This document shows positions 8,841 to 19,727 of a stretch of 64,000 bases of DNA, piece by piece. The translations under genes and the position numbers were made by a program. Position 1 is the stretch's first letter. Each line of letters begins with the position of its first letter. Origin of the DNA: Thermoplasmatota archaeon (GTDB lineage: Archaea; Thermoplasmatota; Penumbrarchaeia; Penumbrarchaeales; Penumbrarchaeaceae); assembly GCA_965234725.1 (NCBI GenBank), contig CBDDUX010000002.1, positions 39,954 to 103,953 of the forward strand, read 5' to 3'. The notes under the pieces were generated by a model, which worked only from the letters and a program-made list of their open reading frames with translations, searched no databases and had not been told where the DNA came from.

Positions 8841-11822
8841 ATGGGATTCATTCCATTCATCAGGATACTCCTCAGGAACCAGGGTTCCAACAAGGCTGCA
8901 GCCTTCGGATCGATGTTCGGTGTTTTAATTTCAATTGCATTCATCACTGGGTCCTTCATGACCTCTGATGCTATTGTATCCGATCTTTTCAAGGACCAGC
9001 TGGATGAGGTCGATTTCCATTTCAAAGCTTACAGTTGGTACTCCGGAGAAGAATATGGTCAGGGCAGTTCCGACCTTTCAGAGATGATGGATCAAGTGAG
9101 GGACCTCAAGGGGATAGAGGACGCCGGTCTTTTCAAAGAGCTCGAAGGCCTTGAGCTTGAGGGGACATATTTGGGAATCTACGGACTTGATGAAGGAGCC
9201 GCCAGATTCCTCTTTGAGAAAGATGGTATCAGTCTTCCAGATGATGGGGATTCTTGTATGATCTCATCTTCCATGGCAAAGGACCTTGACATAGCTGTTG
9301 GAGACAGCTTCAATTTAACCTATTACCAGTGGGTGGATGTTTGGTTGGAAGAGGTAAACTCAACTACAAATGGAGTGGTACCAAGAAAGATCATAACCTC
9401 CTCTGGTGAGGATGATGTAGTTTATATTCCTCCTCCCGGACTATATTTAACCGAAAGAATTCCAATAAACATATCGGTCAATGTATCGCAAATAATCGAT
9501 ACTCCTGGTCTGTCATCCCTTTCGAATCATATCTATCCCCAGACATACAACATATTCCTGGGTCTGAAAGGATCAATAGTACTGGAACAAAGAGTAAGCT
9601 CCAAAATTGACTACTACTACGAATCCTACTCCAAGATCCTGTTCAAGATGAACCCGGATTTCTTCTCCAACATTGATGATGTCCAGAAGACACGGAGGGA
9701 AGCAAGGGACCTCAAGGAAGATCTCCAATGGATCGTGAGTGGTAATGGTTTTTACATCGAAGACGATAGAGTGGGTGAGATCTACGAGGATTATATCTTC
9801 TGGTCCATAACCATGAGAGTATTTCTCGTCATTCTCTCATTCCCTCTCTTCCTCCTCTGCTTCTATCTTGTCCTTGTGGGTTCCAGGATAGGAATGGAGA
9901 ACAAGGTCCAGGAGATCTCTCTGCTCAAGGTCAAAGGAGCGACGAAACGCCAGATATTCTGGATGTTGATGCTGGAATCCCTCATTCACGGGTCCGTGGG
10001 GACACTGTTTGGAATATTGTTGGGAACAGCCCTGTCAGCAGTTTTCATATCTTTCTTCCTCGGAAAGACAGTAGGGATACTATCTCTACTACCCGGAGGG
10101 ACGATGGTCATAACTCTTCTGATCATCTCATACGTTCTTGTTACACTTATCAGATTGAGGTCCATGAACAGGCTCTCCAAGATGGACATACTCCAGGCCG
10201 TAAGGGGTTCTCCGGAAAGGAAGGAGAAGGAATACAAGCCTGGGAAGGATATTGTGATAATATCGATCATACTCCTTCTGATCGGAACAATGTCCTTCTT
10301 CAATGAGAGGAGACCCGAGGGACTTTTCCAGCTGGCATTGTATTCAATTACAGAGGTCTTCAAACCCTTGCTGGTCCTTTTCCTTCCATTTCTACTGATA
10401 CTCTCCGGGTCCAGACTCCTTGTCCAGGGCATCCCGCAGACCATGGACATCGTGGCAAGACCCTTCAGGTCCTTGAACAGGGAACTTCATATGCTCCTTG
10501 TATCCGGTCTGAAATATCGGAAGAAAAGTGTTGCAATTATGGCCATACTCATTTCGATCACGGTCTCATTCGGCATACTGGTCCTTTCCCAGATGGAGAC
10601 GAGGGAGAATGGTATTGAGGCCAGCCTAGAGTCCTCTGTCCCAACGGATCTCTATGTAGCAGTATCCGGTGCCAATGGGGATATGGGATCGAACATAAGT
10701 TCGATCGATGGCGTCAATGAGGTCATAACAGTTCAGAACTTGGATGTCAGTTATCAGATCGGTAATGACCAATATGGAGACTGGGGTTGGGGTAGTCTGA
10801 TTGCCTTTGAAACGGACGAATATCGGAAAGTGGTCTCTCCTTCGAGGGAACTCCTGATCGATGGCGGATGGATAGATAAGCTGGATGGTCCCGTAAATCC
10901 TATTCCAGTGATAGTCAACAGGATGGCATCCAGGGAGAATTCACTTGTCATTGGTGACAGGATAAACATCACCCTTGGTTACCAATGGCAATGGAAAGTA
11001 AGTCCCGAAGACGATTTTCAAGAATATACCGAGATATATCTTGAATGCAGGATCGTTGGAATAGTGGACCACTTATCCGGATTGAGAAGCAGGACCGCAT
11101 CTGAACTCATTGATGAAGAGAGGTGGGGTGAGGGTGACCACTACTTCCTTACGGACCTTTACGAGGAACCCGCAATATACATTTCAAAGGATAATATTCC
11201 TGAATCATATTTGCCAGGAACCTGGTCCTATCTCGTGGATGTCAAGGGTGATAATGAACGGGTAGAGGAGAATATTACAGCTCTAAGTTGGGACGAGGGA
11301 CCAGCAGTGATCGTCGATAGGGATGAGGAATTAGAGAATATCAAGGATATACCGGCAAACAAAGGAATGGACCTGATGCTTATCGTCCAATTCTCTTGTG
11401 TCCTGATCGCGGTCGTAGTAGGACTTTTCCTGATCCAGGTTGTCCAGAACACAGCAAGGAGAAGGGAGTTTGCTGAGGTCCTTGCAAGAGGAGCTACCAG
11501 GGATAATGTGTTCAGACTACTGCTCTCTGAGGGACTGGTGGTGCTTATTGCAGGGTTATTTATCGGAACGATGACAGGTTTCATTGTCAGTTATGCTTTT
11601 CAGACAGTATTCACAGGTGACTGGGCAACATCCATTGGAGATTTCGGATCAAATATCGATGTAGAGAACAGGATAACAATCGACAACGGAGTTGTCTTCC
11701 CCCCGTCCATACTGATCATTCATCTGGTCACAATTTCATCAATGGTGCTGGCGATCTATCTGGTATCACTATTTTCATCGAAGATCGATATCGCCTCGAA
11801 CCTGAGGATGAGAAGGAGCTAA
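8841..11822 (+). CDS. FtsX-like ABC permease (two MacB-type halves)
   Basis: Two 'EI/EF..L...GA...IF/VF..L..E' motifs, multiple TM helices and large extracytoplasmic loops. Directly follows the ATPase. Confidence 0.85.
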   Translation: MGFIPFIRILLRNQGSNKAAAFGSMFGVLISIAFITGSFMTSDAIVSDLFKDQLDEVDFHFKAYSWYSGEEYGQGSSDLSEMMDQVRDLKGIEDAGLFKELEGLELEGTYLGIYGLDEGAARFLFEKDGISLPDDGDSCMISSSMAKDLDIAVGDSFNLTYYQWVDVWLEEVNSTTNGVVPRKIITSSGEDDVVYIPPPGLYLTERIPINISVNVSQIIDTPGLSSLSNHIYPQTYNIFLGLKGSIVLEQRVSSKIDYYYESYSKILFKMNPDFFSNIDDVQKTRREARDLKEDLQWIVSGNGFYIEDDRVGEIYEDYIFWSITMRVFLVILSFPLFLLCFYLVLVGSRIGMENKVQEISLLKVKGATKRQIFWMLMLESLIHGSVGTLFGILLGTALSAVFISFFLGKTVGILSLLPGGTMVITLLIISYVLVTLIRLRSMNRLSKMDILQAVRGSPERKEKEYKPGKDIVIISIILLLIGTMSFFNERRPEGLFQLALYSITEVFKPLLVLFLPFLLILSGSRLLVQGIPQTMDIVARPFRSLNRELHMLLVSGLKYRKKSVAIMAILISITVSFGILVLSQMETRENGIEASLESSVPTDLYVAVSGANGDMGSNISSIDGVNEVITVQNLDVSYQIGNDQYGDWGWGSLIAFETDEYRKVVSPSRELLIDGGWIDKLDGPVNPIPVIVNRMASRENSLVIGDRINITLGYQWQWKVSPEDDFQEYTEIYLECRIVGIVDHLSGLRSRTASELIDEERWGEGDHYFLTDLYEEPAIYISKDNIPESYLPGTWSYLVDVKGDNERVEENITALSWDEGPAVIVDRDEELENIKDIPANKGMDLMLIVQFSCVLIAVVVGLFLIQVVQNTARRREFAEVLARGATRDNVFRLLLSEGLVVLIAGLFIGTMTGFIVSYAFQTVFTGDWATSIGDFGSNIDVENRITIDNGVVFPPSILIIHLVTISSMVLAIYLVSLFSSKIDIASNLRMRRS

Positions 11823-12448
11823 TACTTCCCCGAAGGGGTCCTTTCCGGATATTCGAAAACGGTCAACGATAGCAGTCTTCTAAGAAGTGTCATGGGCATA
11901 CCGATCACATTATCCTCCTCTCCGAAGACTACTCTCGCACCTATGGGTCCTCTATCTTGAATGCCGAAGGACCCAGCTTTCCCCTTCCATTGACCGGTTG
12001 AGAGGTAATCCTCCACACCTTCTATTCCACCATCCATTTCCACAATGGATACCTCGTATCCATGGATGGTCTTACCTTTCTTCACATCGTGGACAACCAG
12101 CCCGGATATCACTCTGCAGGGATGATCCTGTTGAAGCAGAAGCATCCTTTTTGAATCTTCCATATCATTTGGTTTTCCAAGTATCTCACCATTACAAACC
12201 CCAATGGTATCAGCACCGATGATGATGTCATCCGATCCTTCACTAACGGATAGTGCCTTTCTCATTGCGTTCTCCATAACAAGTTCCTCAGGAACACCTG
12301 AGAGGACCTCTTCTGCCGTGGGTTCCATAACCCTGAACTCATACCCCGCTTCCTCCATCAATCTCCTTCTTCTGGGGGATGATGATGCCAGGATCAGCCC
12401 CAATCCATCACTCCCACTCAATAGTTCCAGGGGGTTTGGATGTGACAT
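11819..12448 (-). CDS. maf: Maf-family nucleoside triphosphate pyrophosphatase (start 12448 or 12472)
   Basis: ILASSSPRRR, IIGADTI, GKP, GKAGSFGIQ, NVIGMP. Confidence 0.9.
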   Translation of the reverse strand: MSHPNPLELLSGSDGLGLILASSSPRRRRLMEEAGYEFRVMEPTAEEVLSGVPEELVMENAMRKALSVSEGSDDIIIGADTIGVCNGEILGKPNDMEDSKRMLLLQQDHPCRVISGLVVHDVKKGKTIHGYEVSIVEMDGGIEGVEDYLSTGQWKGKAGSFGIQDRGPIGARVVFGEEDNVIGMPMTLLRRLLSLTVFEYPERTPSGKY

Positions 12449-14240
12449 CCACAGCCACTCCATCAACTCCATCGAGTCCCATCAATTTCTCAACTATATC
12501 ATCAAAGAACGCATCCGGAAGTTCGGATACCTCTGCGGTCATGGCCCTCCTGGACCAGACAGGTCTTATTACGACCATCTCCCCTGAACCATACCCCACA
12601 GGGATCAGGACCGTTGGACACTGCCAGATGGAATCGTAAAGACCGTATTCCTTTAACCCTTCCATCACTATTGAATCGGCCCTCCTGAGGAGGTCCATCC
12701 TATCCTTTGTGATATATCCCTCCACAGGAGATGGCGTCTCAGGGAAAACAGGGTCTAACATCAATATGCATCTGTTGATACCTCTGATCCTGTTTACCAG
12801 TCTCGTTGAAAACAGTTTCAACTCCTTCCAGTCCAGGTCCTCTCTTTTCAACCAAAGGGCAACCGGATGTTCGTATGAACGCGCATCACCTTTCACTCCA
12901 ACAGAAAGGACCGGTAGGACCATGCCTTTCACTTTCCCTCTGGACCAATCATCGGCTTCGATTGCCTTATCAACTATAGGTTGGACCTCTGTCACTGCTG
13001 TAAGATTATTTTGAATCAGATCACAGTTCTGACAAAGGGCCCTTATACCCAGTCCAGGTCCCGGGAACGGATGCCTGTGAACTAGCTCCTTTGGAAGGCC
13101 GAGCATCTCTCCTACCTCTCGGACCTCGGCTTTGTACAAGTCCTTGACAGGTTCGATCACCCTTCCTTCTGATATCATCTCCATTATGACATCGACCCTG
13201 TTGTGGTGTGTCTTGATGACATCTGCGTTCTTGGTCCCACCGCTCTCGATGGTATCCGGATAGAGGGTTCCCTGTGCAAGGACCCACTCTTCATCCCTTG
13301 TAAAGGCTGCCTCATCGTTGATGATATCTATGAAAAGCCTGCCGATTATCTTCCTCTTCTCTTCAGGGTCCACCTTTCCTGAGAGCTCCTTCAAATACTT
13401 TTCAGACGCATCCACAACTATGAAATCCTTCAAACCCTGATCCCTCAGGGCTACTTCCACTTTCTTAGATTCATTTTCTCTCATCAGGCCTGTGTCAATA
13501 TGGACGAACATCAACTTTTCATCTGGGAGGGCCCGATTCAATAAAGCGGCTACCACTGTTGAATCCACACCTCCAGAGACAAGGCAGAGGACCTTTCTAT
13601 CCAAGGCTTCATCCCGGATCCCTTTTATGATCCCTTCCAGGTTTGCTCTTGTTGTCCAATCAGGAGTGGCCTTGCAGATCTTGGTCACGAAGTTATCAAG
13701 CATTTCGATACCATGGATCGTATCTTCGACCTCGGGGTGGAATTGGAAACCCCATCTTTTTCTCATTGGATCCGAAAATGCAGCGATCGGACAGTTCTCC
13801 GTAAAACCGATCGTCCTGAAACCAGGTGGGATCTTTGTGACCTTATCCCCATGGCTCATCCAGATCCTGTCGTCCTGTTCGATCCCATCGAATACCGGAT
13901 CATCAACGGTGTTAAGAGAAGCGAAACCATATTCTTTGAGATCCGATCCCTGAACGATCCCTCCGTAATGGATCGCTATCTGATGCATGCCGTAACAGAG
14001 ACCTAAAATGGGAATATCAAGCTCCAGGATGCCCGGTTCGATCCTTACAGAACCTTCTTCATGTATGGAATCCGGCCCACCTGAGAGGATGATACCTTTC
14101 ATACCTTCGAGATCGGTCGGCAATGATGAAGGGTCCATGATAACCGTCTTAACATTCACCCTGTCCCTGATCTTGGTGGCTATCAGGTGTGCGAACTGTC
14201 CTCCGTTATCGATCACGGCGATGATATCACGCATCATCAT
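12408..14240 (-). CDS. guaA: GMP synthase (glutamine-hydrolysing), fused single-chain form
   Basis: GATase PILGLCYG and QFHPE; ATPPase [22 protein letters not shown]-terminal KPPGTIEWE. Confidence 0.95.
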   Translation of the reverse strand: MMMRDIIAVIDNGGQFAHLIATKIRDRVNVKTVIMDPSSLPTDLEGMKGIILSGGPDSIHEEGSVRIEPGILELDIPILGLCYGMHQIAIHYGGIVQGSDLKEYGFASLNTVDDPVFDGIEQDDRIWMSHGDKVTKIPPGFRTIGFTENCPIAAFSDPMRKRWGFQFHPEVEDTIHGIEMLDNFVTKICKATPDWTTRANLEGIIKGIRDEALDRKVLCLVSGGVDSTVVAALLNRALPDEKLMFVHIDTGLMRENESKKVEVALRDQGLKDFIVVDASEKYLKELSGKVDPEEKRKIIGRLFIDIINDEAAFTRDEEWVLAQGTLYPDTIESGGTKNADVIKTHHNRVDVIMEMISEGRVIEPVKDLYKAEVREVGEMLGLPKELVHRHPFPGPGLGIRALCQNCDLIQNNLTAVTEVQPIVDKAIEADDWSRGKVKGMVLPVLSVGVKGDARSYEHPVALWLKREDLDWKELKLFSTRLVNRIRGINRCILMLDPVFPETPSPVEGYITKDRMDLLRRADSIVMEGLKEYGLYDSIWQCPTVLIPVGYGSGEMVVIRPVWSRRAMTAEVSELPDAFFDDIVEKLMGLDGVDGVAVDVTSKPPGTIEWE

Positions 14241-14758
14241 TCACCGACCAATTCCCTGCCCGATCTCAAGACCTTCTCTCTCATCTTCTTCAGGTGGCCC
14301 TCAAGGGCTTCAAGATATGAGGTATCCGAAGTGGCCAGGATCCTTACTGCCAGCAAGGCCGCATTATCACCTCTATCAAGTCCAACAGATCCAACCGGGA
14401 TCCCGGGAGGCATCTGGACTATGGAGAGGATGGAATCAAGATTGAGCTTTCCTGAAACTGGGACTCCGATCACCGGCATAAGGGTATGGGCTGCCACCAC
14501 TCCAGGGAGGGCCGCTGAAAGACCTGCGATCGCGATGAAGACCTTGGCAATGGAGCCTTTAACGTTTTCTTCGACAAGGGCTGGCGTCCTGTGGGCTGAT
14601 GCTATCGTGATCGAGTAAGGGACCTTGAGTTCTTCAAGTATGCTTACAGCTTTCTTCGCCACAGGTAGGTCGCTTCCGGATCCCATAAAGATATGGACCT
14701 TACAATTACCTATACCGACGAGGTTATTCCCTCCTGAGAGGTTCTCTTCTCCGGACAT
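14237..14758 (-). CDS. purE: AIR carboxylase / N5-CAIR mutase
   Basis: [38 protein letters not shown]. Confidence 0.95.
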   Translation of the reverse strand: MSGEENLSGGNNLVGIGNCKVHIFMGSGSDLPVAKKAVSILEELKVPYSITIASAHRTPALVEENVKGSIAKVFIAIAGLSAALPGVVAAHTLMPVIGVPVSGKLNLDSILSIVQMPPGIPVGSVGLDRGDNAALLAVRILATSDTSYLEALEGHLKKMREKVLRSGRELVGE

Positions 14759-14890
14759 GTCAGCCCGATCGAGGCCGGGGTAATAAATGGTTTCTCCTTT
14801 TCAAGGATGAATTCTTCAATGAAAACGTTGATATACGGACCTTACCTCTCTCAACAAGGATAAAGGCCATCGGATACTTTTCCGAAGGAG

Positions 14891-16039
14891 ATGTGTGATA
14901 TGCTCAGACGGGATTTGTACAACAGGCGGGTAGAGGACATAATGTCCAAAGTCGAATGGACCGTGGAGCCCCTGGACCCTCTGTCAGAGGCACTGGGGAA
15001 GATGAAAAAGTATAAGGTAAAAGAATTGCCAGTAGTTGAAAAGGGCAAGCTAAAGGGTCTTTTGACCTTCAGGACAATTACCAGAAGAAGGAAGATGGCA
15101 ATATCTGCCCATGTGAAAGGTTTTATGATCAGTCCACCCAAGGTGAAGTCCACTGACAAGATCCACAAAGTGGCCGAATGGTTGATCAATAGGGATTTCT
15201 CCTCTCTACCTGTCACTCATAAGACCGATGTAACGGGAATGATATCTCGAAAGGACATCATAAAGACCCTAAGGGAGGACGAGGAGTTGAGGAATACTCC
15301 TGTTGAGTCCATTATGAACTTCGCTCCAACGACCATAGATACGGGTTTGGGAATGAGAAAGGCTCTAACCCTGATAGATCTTGCAGGGGATACATCGGCA
15401 GCCGTAATCAATGAAGAGAAGAAATTCCTTGGAACGATCAGCACAAGAGATCTCGTTACTTATCTTGAGGCTCCAAGGAAGAGACCATCGAAAGGGGACT
15501 TCCAGGGGGAGAAGATCCATAGGGATAGGTCCATCGACTCTCTCACAGAAATGCCACAGGCATTACTCAGAACGGACCTATTGAGTAAACTCATGGACAT
15601 CATGGTCGACCAGGAGGTCGATACGGTCTACATTCTGGATGGAGACGAACTAGCCGGATCTGTAAACGAAGTTGACCTGCTGGAACTTTTCATGAGAGGT
15701 CCCTCCCGAGGGGGTCCACTTATACAGGTAGCTGGTATTGATGACGTCAAGTTGATGGATGCCTCGGACCTCGATAACTTCATCAAGAAATTCTCCTCAA
15801 GGATCGAGAAGTTCACCCCGGTATCAGCGATCACTATCAGGATAAGACATCATCACCATGATACAGACGAGGACAAGTACACTGTCAACGTGAAATTGAC
15901 AACTCCTACTGAGGTCATTGCAAGGGAAGCCTATGATTGGGACCTTCTGGTTGCCATAGGAAATGCTTTCGTCCACATTGAGCAGCAGCTGAAGAAAGAA
16001 AAGTCAAAAGCTCAGAAGGGTTCAAGAAAACATGTTTAG
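14891..16039 (+). CDS. Tandem-CBS protein with C-terminal HPF/RaiA-like domain (candidate ribosome hibernation factor)
   Basis: Four CBS repeats (LPVVEKGKLKGLLT, LPV..K..VTGMISRKDI etc.). C-terminal 'ITIRIR...YTVNVKL...AREAYDWDLLVAIGNAF..IEQQLKK'. Confidence 0.75.
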   Translation: MCDMLRRDLYNRRVEDIMSKVEWTVEPLDPLSEALGKMKKYKVKELPVVEKGKLKGLLTFRTITRRRKMAISAHVKGFMISPPKVKSTDKIHKVAEWLINRDFSSLPVTHKTDVTGMISRKDIIKTLREDEELRNTPVESIMNFAPTTIDTGLGMRKALTLIDLAGDTSAAVINEEKKFLGTISTRDLVTYLEAPRKRPSKGDFQGEKIHRDRSIDSLTEMPQALLRTDLLSKLMDIMVDQEVDTVYILDGDELAGSVNEVDLLELFMRGPSRGGPLIQVAGIDDVKLMDASDLDNFIKKFSSRIEKFTPVSAITIRIRHHHHDTDEDKYTVNVKLTTPTEVIAREAYDWDLLVAIGNAFVHIEQQLKKEKSKAQKGSRKHV

Positions 16040-16042
16040 GCC

Positions 16043-17086
16043 CTATACTTTCCAGTAGGAAGACTGCACATCTCTGAACTGCTTGATCCTAATATTATCA
16101 GGCATTACTTCTCTGGTTTCAGCATACCTTTGAGGTGTTTCCATGGGTTCATCCAGGTGGAGTGCCATTGACCCAACGAAGATCTCGGCGAGGGCTCTTG
16201 GGTGATATCCGCCCTCCAGCTCATAGACCACTCTCCCATTTGATACCCTCTCTCCAATGTCCTTTATCTTTGAGATCAGGTTAAGATATCCGGGGGTGGA
16301 AAGTGTCAGGGAGGTTAGAGGGTCCATGATGTGTGAATCACCTCCTATTGAGACCATTATCAGGTCGGGAGAGAATTCTTCGGTTATCGGAACTATCAAT
16401 TCATCCATGCATTCAGCGAATGAAGGGTCTCCTGAGCCACCCATCAGAGGCATGTTGACGGTCTTCCCCTCCCCAGACCCTCTTCCGATCTCGTTGTGGT
16501 GACCGGTACCTGGGAATATCCCCCATTGATGGGTCGATATGTAGAGGACATCCGGGTCCCTTGCAAAAATATCGCTTGTTCCATTGCCATGATGAGCATC
16601 GATATCTATTATTGCCACTCTTGATATGTTATCATAGGTTTCAAGAGCTGATCTGGCAGCGAGGGCTACGTTGTTGAAATAACAGAATCCCATATTGTAA
16701 TTATAGCCTGCGTGGTGACCCGGAGGTCTTGGAATTGAGAATACGGCTCTTTTTTCCCTGACTGCAAGGTCCATTGCTGAAACCACACCGCCTGCCGCTC
16801 GTAGTGACATATCGAAGGTCCTATCATGATGATATGTATCCGGGTCCATGAAACCCACACCAAAGTCTCTAATTCTGTTGATATGGTCCTCATCATGGAC
16901 CTTTAGGAGGGATTTCGGGTCAACTGGTTCTGGGGTCATTATTCTGACAGGCAGTTCGATCTCTTTCATAAGATCCAATATTGCCTCGACCCTGTCTGGG
17001 GATTCCGGATGGCCCGGAGTCTGTGTGACCTGCGAATAATCCGGGTGATAGTATAGAGGTATGGGGACCAAGGGCATGGATATCAT
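16043..17086 (-). CDS. Zn-dependent histone deacetylase-family amidohydrolase
   Basis: HPESPDR, RPPGHHA, GFCYFNN, DIDAHHGNGT, DSHIMDPL, EGGY. Confidence 0.93.
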   Translation of the reverse strand: MISMPLVPIPLYYHPDYSQVTQTPGHPESPDRVEAILDLMKEIELPVRIMTPEPVDPKSLLKVHDEDHINRIRDFGVGFMDPDTYHHDRTFDMSLRAAGGVVSAMDLAVREKRAVFSIPRPPGHHAGYNYNMGFCYFNNVALAARSALETYDNISRVAIIDIDAHHGNGTSDIFARDPDVLYISTHQWGIFPGTGHHNEIGRGSGEGKTVNMPLMGGSGDPSFAECMDELIVPITEEFSPDLIMVSIGGDSHIMDPLTSLTLSTPGYLNLISKIKDIGERVSNGRVVYELEGGYHPRALAEIFVGSMALHLDEPMETPQRYAETREVMPDNIRIKQFRDVQSSYWKV

Positions 17087-17137
17087 TTGCAGGAGCGAAG
17101 GATCCCTAAATAAAACTATTGGGATGGGATATTCCGA

Positions 17138-18289
17138 TCACCTGAAAGGCACCCTTTTACTCCCTTTTAAAATGTAATAGATAAATGCTAGGAATGAGGC
17201 CGATCCAGCAAGTATCATTGGACCTTCATAAGGTATTTCTGGAAGAAGCTCCACAAGGACCAAAGCTAAGATGGGTCCGATCAGTGCTGAAAGGCTGATG
17301 GATGAATTAAGCAGCCCCACTGCAGATGCCCTCTCCTTGTTCTTGATGAGCATGGACCTCAGAGAGCCGACATAGAGGTTTGCCCAGGATAGACCAAGCA
17401 GGACCTGTGTGATAAGGAAGAAAGGGAAGGACTTCACAACTATGAAGGATAACACGGCAAGTGAAGTTAGGATCAACCCCAGACCAACAGATTTTCTTGG
17501 ACTGATCCTGTCTCCCAGAAGGAACATAGATCCAAACTGAGTGAAAGCATTGACCGCCTGGACCAGACCGATCTGAATTAGGCTAAGACCTATCTCATCC
17601 TTTAGGAAAAGAGGCCACAAGACCCATATTGACGATGCAGATGCATGTCTTAGAATGAATGGGATTATGATTTCCCTGTTCCTGTTAATCAGTTTAATTG
17701 GTATGAGGGGAGATCGGATCCGGATCTCAGGAATCGGTTTGAGCCCCATTGCGATCAGGAATGAGATCATGACCATAGCAGAGGCCATGTAGAAAACTCC
17801 CCTTACTCCAAATATATCAGCTATTGGTCCAGCTATAAGCAGGGCTGAGCCCCAACCCAGGGAATTGAAGGCTGAGAACCTGCCCATGCTCGCTCTTGCT
17901 TCGAATGCGTATGCAGCCAATGCGGCCGGATACATTCCGAATCCTATTCCTGTAAGGAACCTGAAGCCCATCAGTGTGGATGTCGAGTTCCCAAGAGCCT
18001 GGATGAGAACGAGGAAGGTTAGAGAGACCAGGCCTATGAGAAGGATCTTTCTCTTTCCAAACCTGTCAGCAAGTCTGCCGAAGATATAGGATGAAAAGAA
18101 TTGTGCAAAGGAATAGATCATTGCCATTATGACGATCTCGGTCCTGGAAAGACCAATCTCGTTTGCCAAAATGGCTATGTATGTAAAGGAAGAGAGGAAG
18201 GCCCCTCCCGCCAGTATCTGAATGAGAGCTATCCTCTTGAACACATAACTTGTAAAGAAAGGACCGATATAATCTTTGACATAGATCAA
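17138..18289 (-). CDS. MFS transporter
   Basis: Motif A 'GRLADRFGKRKIL'; about 12 TM helices. Confidence 0.9.
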   Translation of the reverse strand: MIYVKDYIGPFFTSYVFKRIALIQILAGGAFLSSFTYIAILANEIGLSRTEIVIMAMIYSFAQFFSSYIFGRLADRFGKRKILLIGLVSLTFLVLIQALGNSTSTLMGFRFLTGIGFGMYPAALAAYAFEARASMGRFSAFNSLGWGSALLIAGPIADIFGVRGVFYMASAMVMISFLIAMGLKPIPEIRIRSPLIPIKLINRNREIIIPFILRHASASSIWVLWPLFLKDEIGLSLIQIGLVQAVNAFTQFGSMFLLGDRISPRKSVGLGLILTSLAVLSFIVVKSFPFFLITQVLLGLSWANLYVGSLRSMLIKNKERASAVGLLNSSISLSALIGPILALVLVELLPEIPYEGPMILAGSASFLAFIYYILKGSKRVPFR

Positions 18290-19494
18290 TTATTCAGAAC
18301 GTTTCCAGCTTTATCAAGAAATCCAGAGGCCATATCATATGCGGACTGGTCCATCAATATCTTTGCTTTGTCCAGGAACTCCCTTGCTTCCAGATATCCT
18401 TCCTGGCCTACCTTTTCTTTCAATAGATTATCAAGATATGTCAACTTGGTTGAAAGTTCGGTGACCATTAGATGGGTCTTAGAATCCTTCATTATAGATG
18501 ATAGTTTGTTGGCGATCTTCCGGGCTCTGATATATTCACCCTTCCAGAAGGTCTCCTCCACCTGTTTTAAGAGGTATTCTTCATAGGAAACATCAACATC
18601 ATTTGTTTTCAGCTCGTCTATGGAACCTCTGAGTTCGATAATCATCTTTGGGATATCTCCCTTGATGGACTCTGTTTCAAGCCTTTCAAGGATCTCTTTG
18701 GCCTTTCTGGAAGAGTTAATGGCTTCCACGGGTTTATCCTCGGACATCTTTTCATTAGCCTGTGATATCAGTTCCTCTATCTGGTTCTTGAAGAATCTCT
18801 CTTTGGGGGATCTTGGCTCTTCGGGGAATAGGGCCCTGAGAGTCCTTGAGATATCATCGATGGTCTCCTCCACTTCCTCCTTTAACCGATCCTGAGGTGA
18901 GAGGATAACATCTGTGATCTCCTCGCAGAGCTCAAGAACGTGGTCATAACGACCCTTGGAAAGGCTGCTCTTTGCCTCATTCACGATCTTCTTGGCTTTG
19001 GACATATCCTTGCCCCTGGACTCCTCGTGTTTCATTTTTAGCCAGACCCTTTGCAAGGAATCGAGGGCATTTGAATACTTCTCAGCGGTGGCATCATCAT
19101 TACATTTCGGTTCGTTCTCTTCGAATCTGCATTCGGTTTCTTCCTTGGGTTCCAAGGTGGAGATCATAAGGTCATAGGCTTCCTTTAGGTTCCCTTTGGA
19201 GAATCTCTCCCTTGCTTCTTTGATGGTTCGGTCCAATTTCATCCTTGATACAGCATCGCTTCCCTCTTTCTGATCCTGTATCACCTTTTCAACAAGGTCG
19301 TTGAACATGGTTTCCCTTGCTTTGGTCAGAAGGCCTATCGATAGTTTCCGATTTGAGTATTCAAGGGCTTCCTTGGAAAGATTGATGAAGTTCATTGCCC
19401 TCGTAATGGATAGGTCTCTCCTCTTGGACTCTTCAACCTGCCAGAGTGCCTCATCAAGAAGTATTTTCAACTGGTTATCTTCAAGGGCAGCCAT
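18286..19494 (-). CDS. Alpha-helical repeat / coiled-coil protein of unknown function
   Basis: Charged helical sequence with recurring 'D+S.A..++..A...+..G.Y..A' units; long ORF overlapping the MFS start. Confidence 0.7.
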   Translation of the reverse strand: MAALEDNQLKILLDEALWQVEESKRRDLSITRAMNFINLSKEALEYSNRKLSIGLLTKARETMFNDLVEKVIQDQKEGSDAVSRMKLDRTIKEARERFSKGNLKEAYDLMISTLEPKEETECRFEENEPKCNDDATAEKYSNALDSLQRVWLKMKHEESRGKDMSKAKKIVNEAKSSLSKGRYDHVLELCEEITDVILSPQDRLKEEVEETIDDISRTLRALFPEEPRSPKERFFKNQIEELISQANEKMSEDKPVEAINSSRKAKEILERLETESIKGDIPKMIIELRGSIDELKTNDVDVSYEEYLLKQVEETFWKGEYIRARKIANKLSSIMKDSKTHLMVTELSTKLTYLDNLLKEKVGQEGYLEAREFLDKAKILMDQSAYDMASGFLDKAGNVLNN

Positions 19495-19727
19495 TGACCA
19501 TTCTCCTAAAGGGGTGTTTTATATAAACATACAGATTCGTTTATTATCGTTTCCCTCATTTTTCGAACAAGTGAAAATCTGCTTCTTAAAAATATAATGT
19601 CTCTCTTCTCTAATCGTTTATACTTGTCTTGATTATAAACTGTTTTCCCCTTTGATATCCATTGGAACCAGCTGTCCTCGAGAAACCTTTTATACCCAAC
19701 CTCAATCTACACGTGCGGGGACCATAA

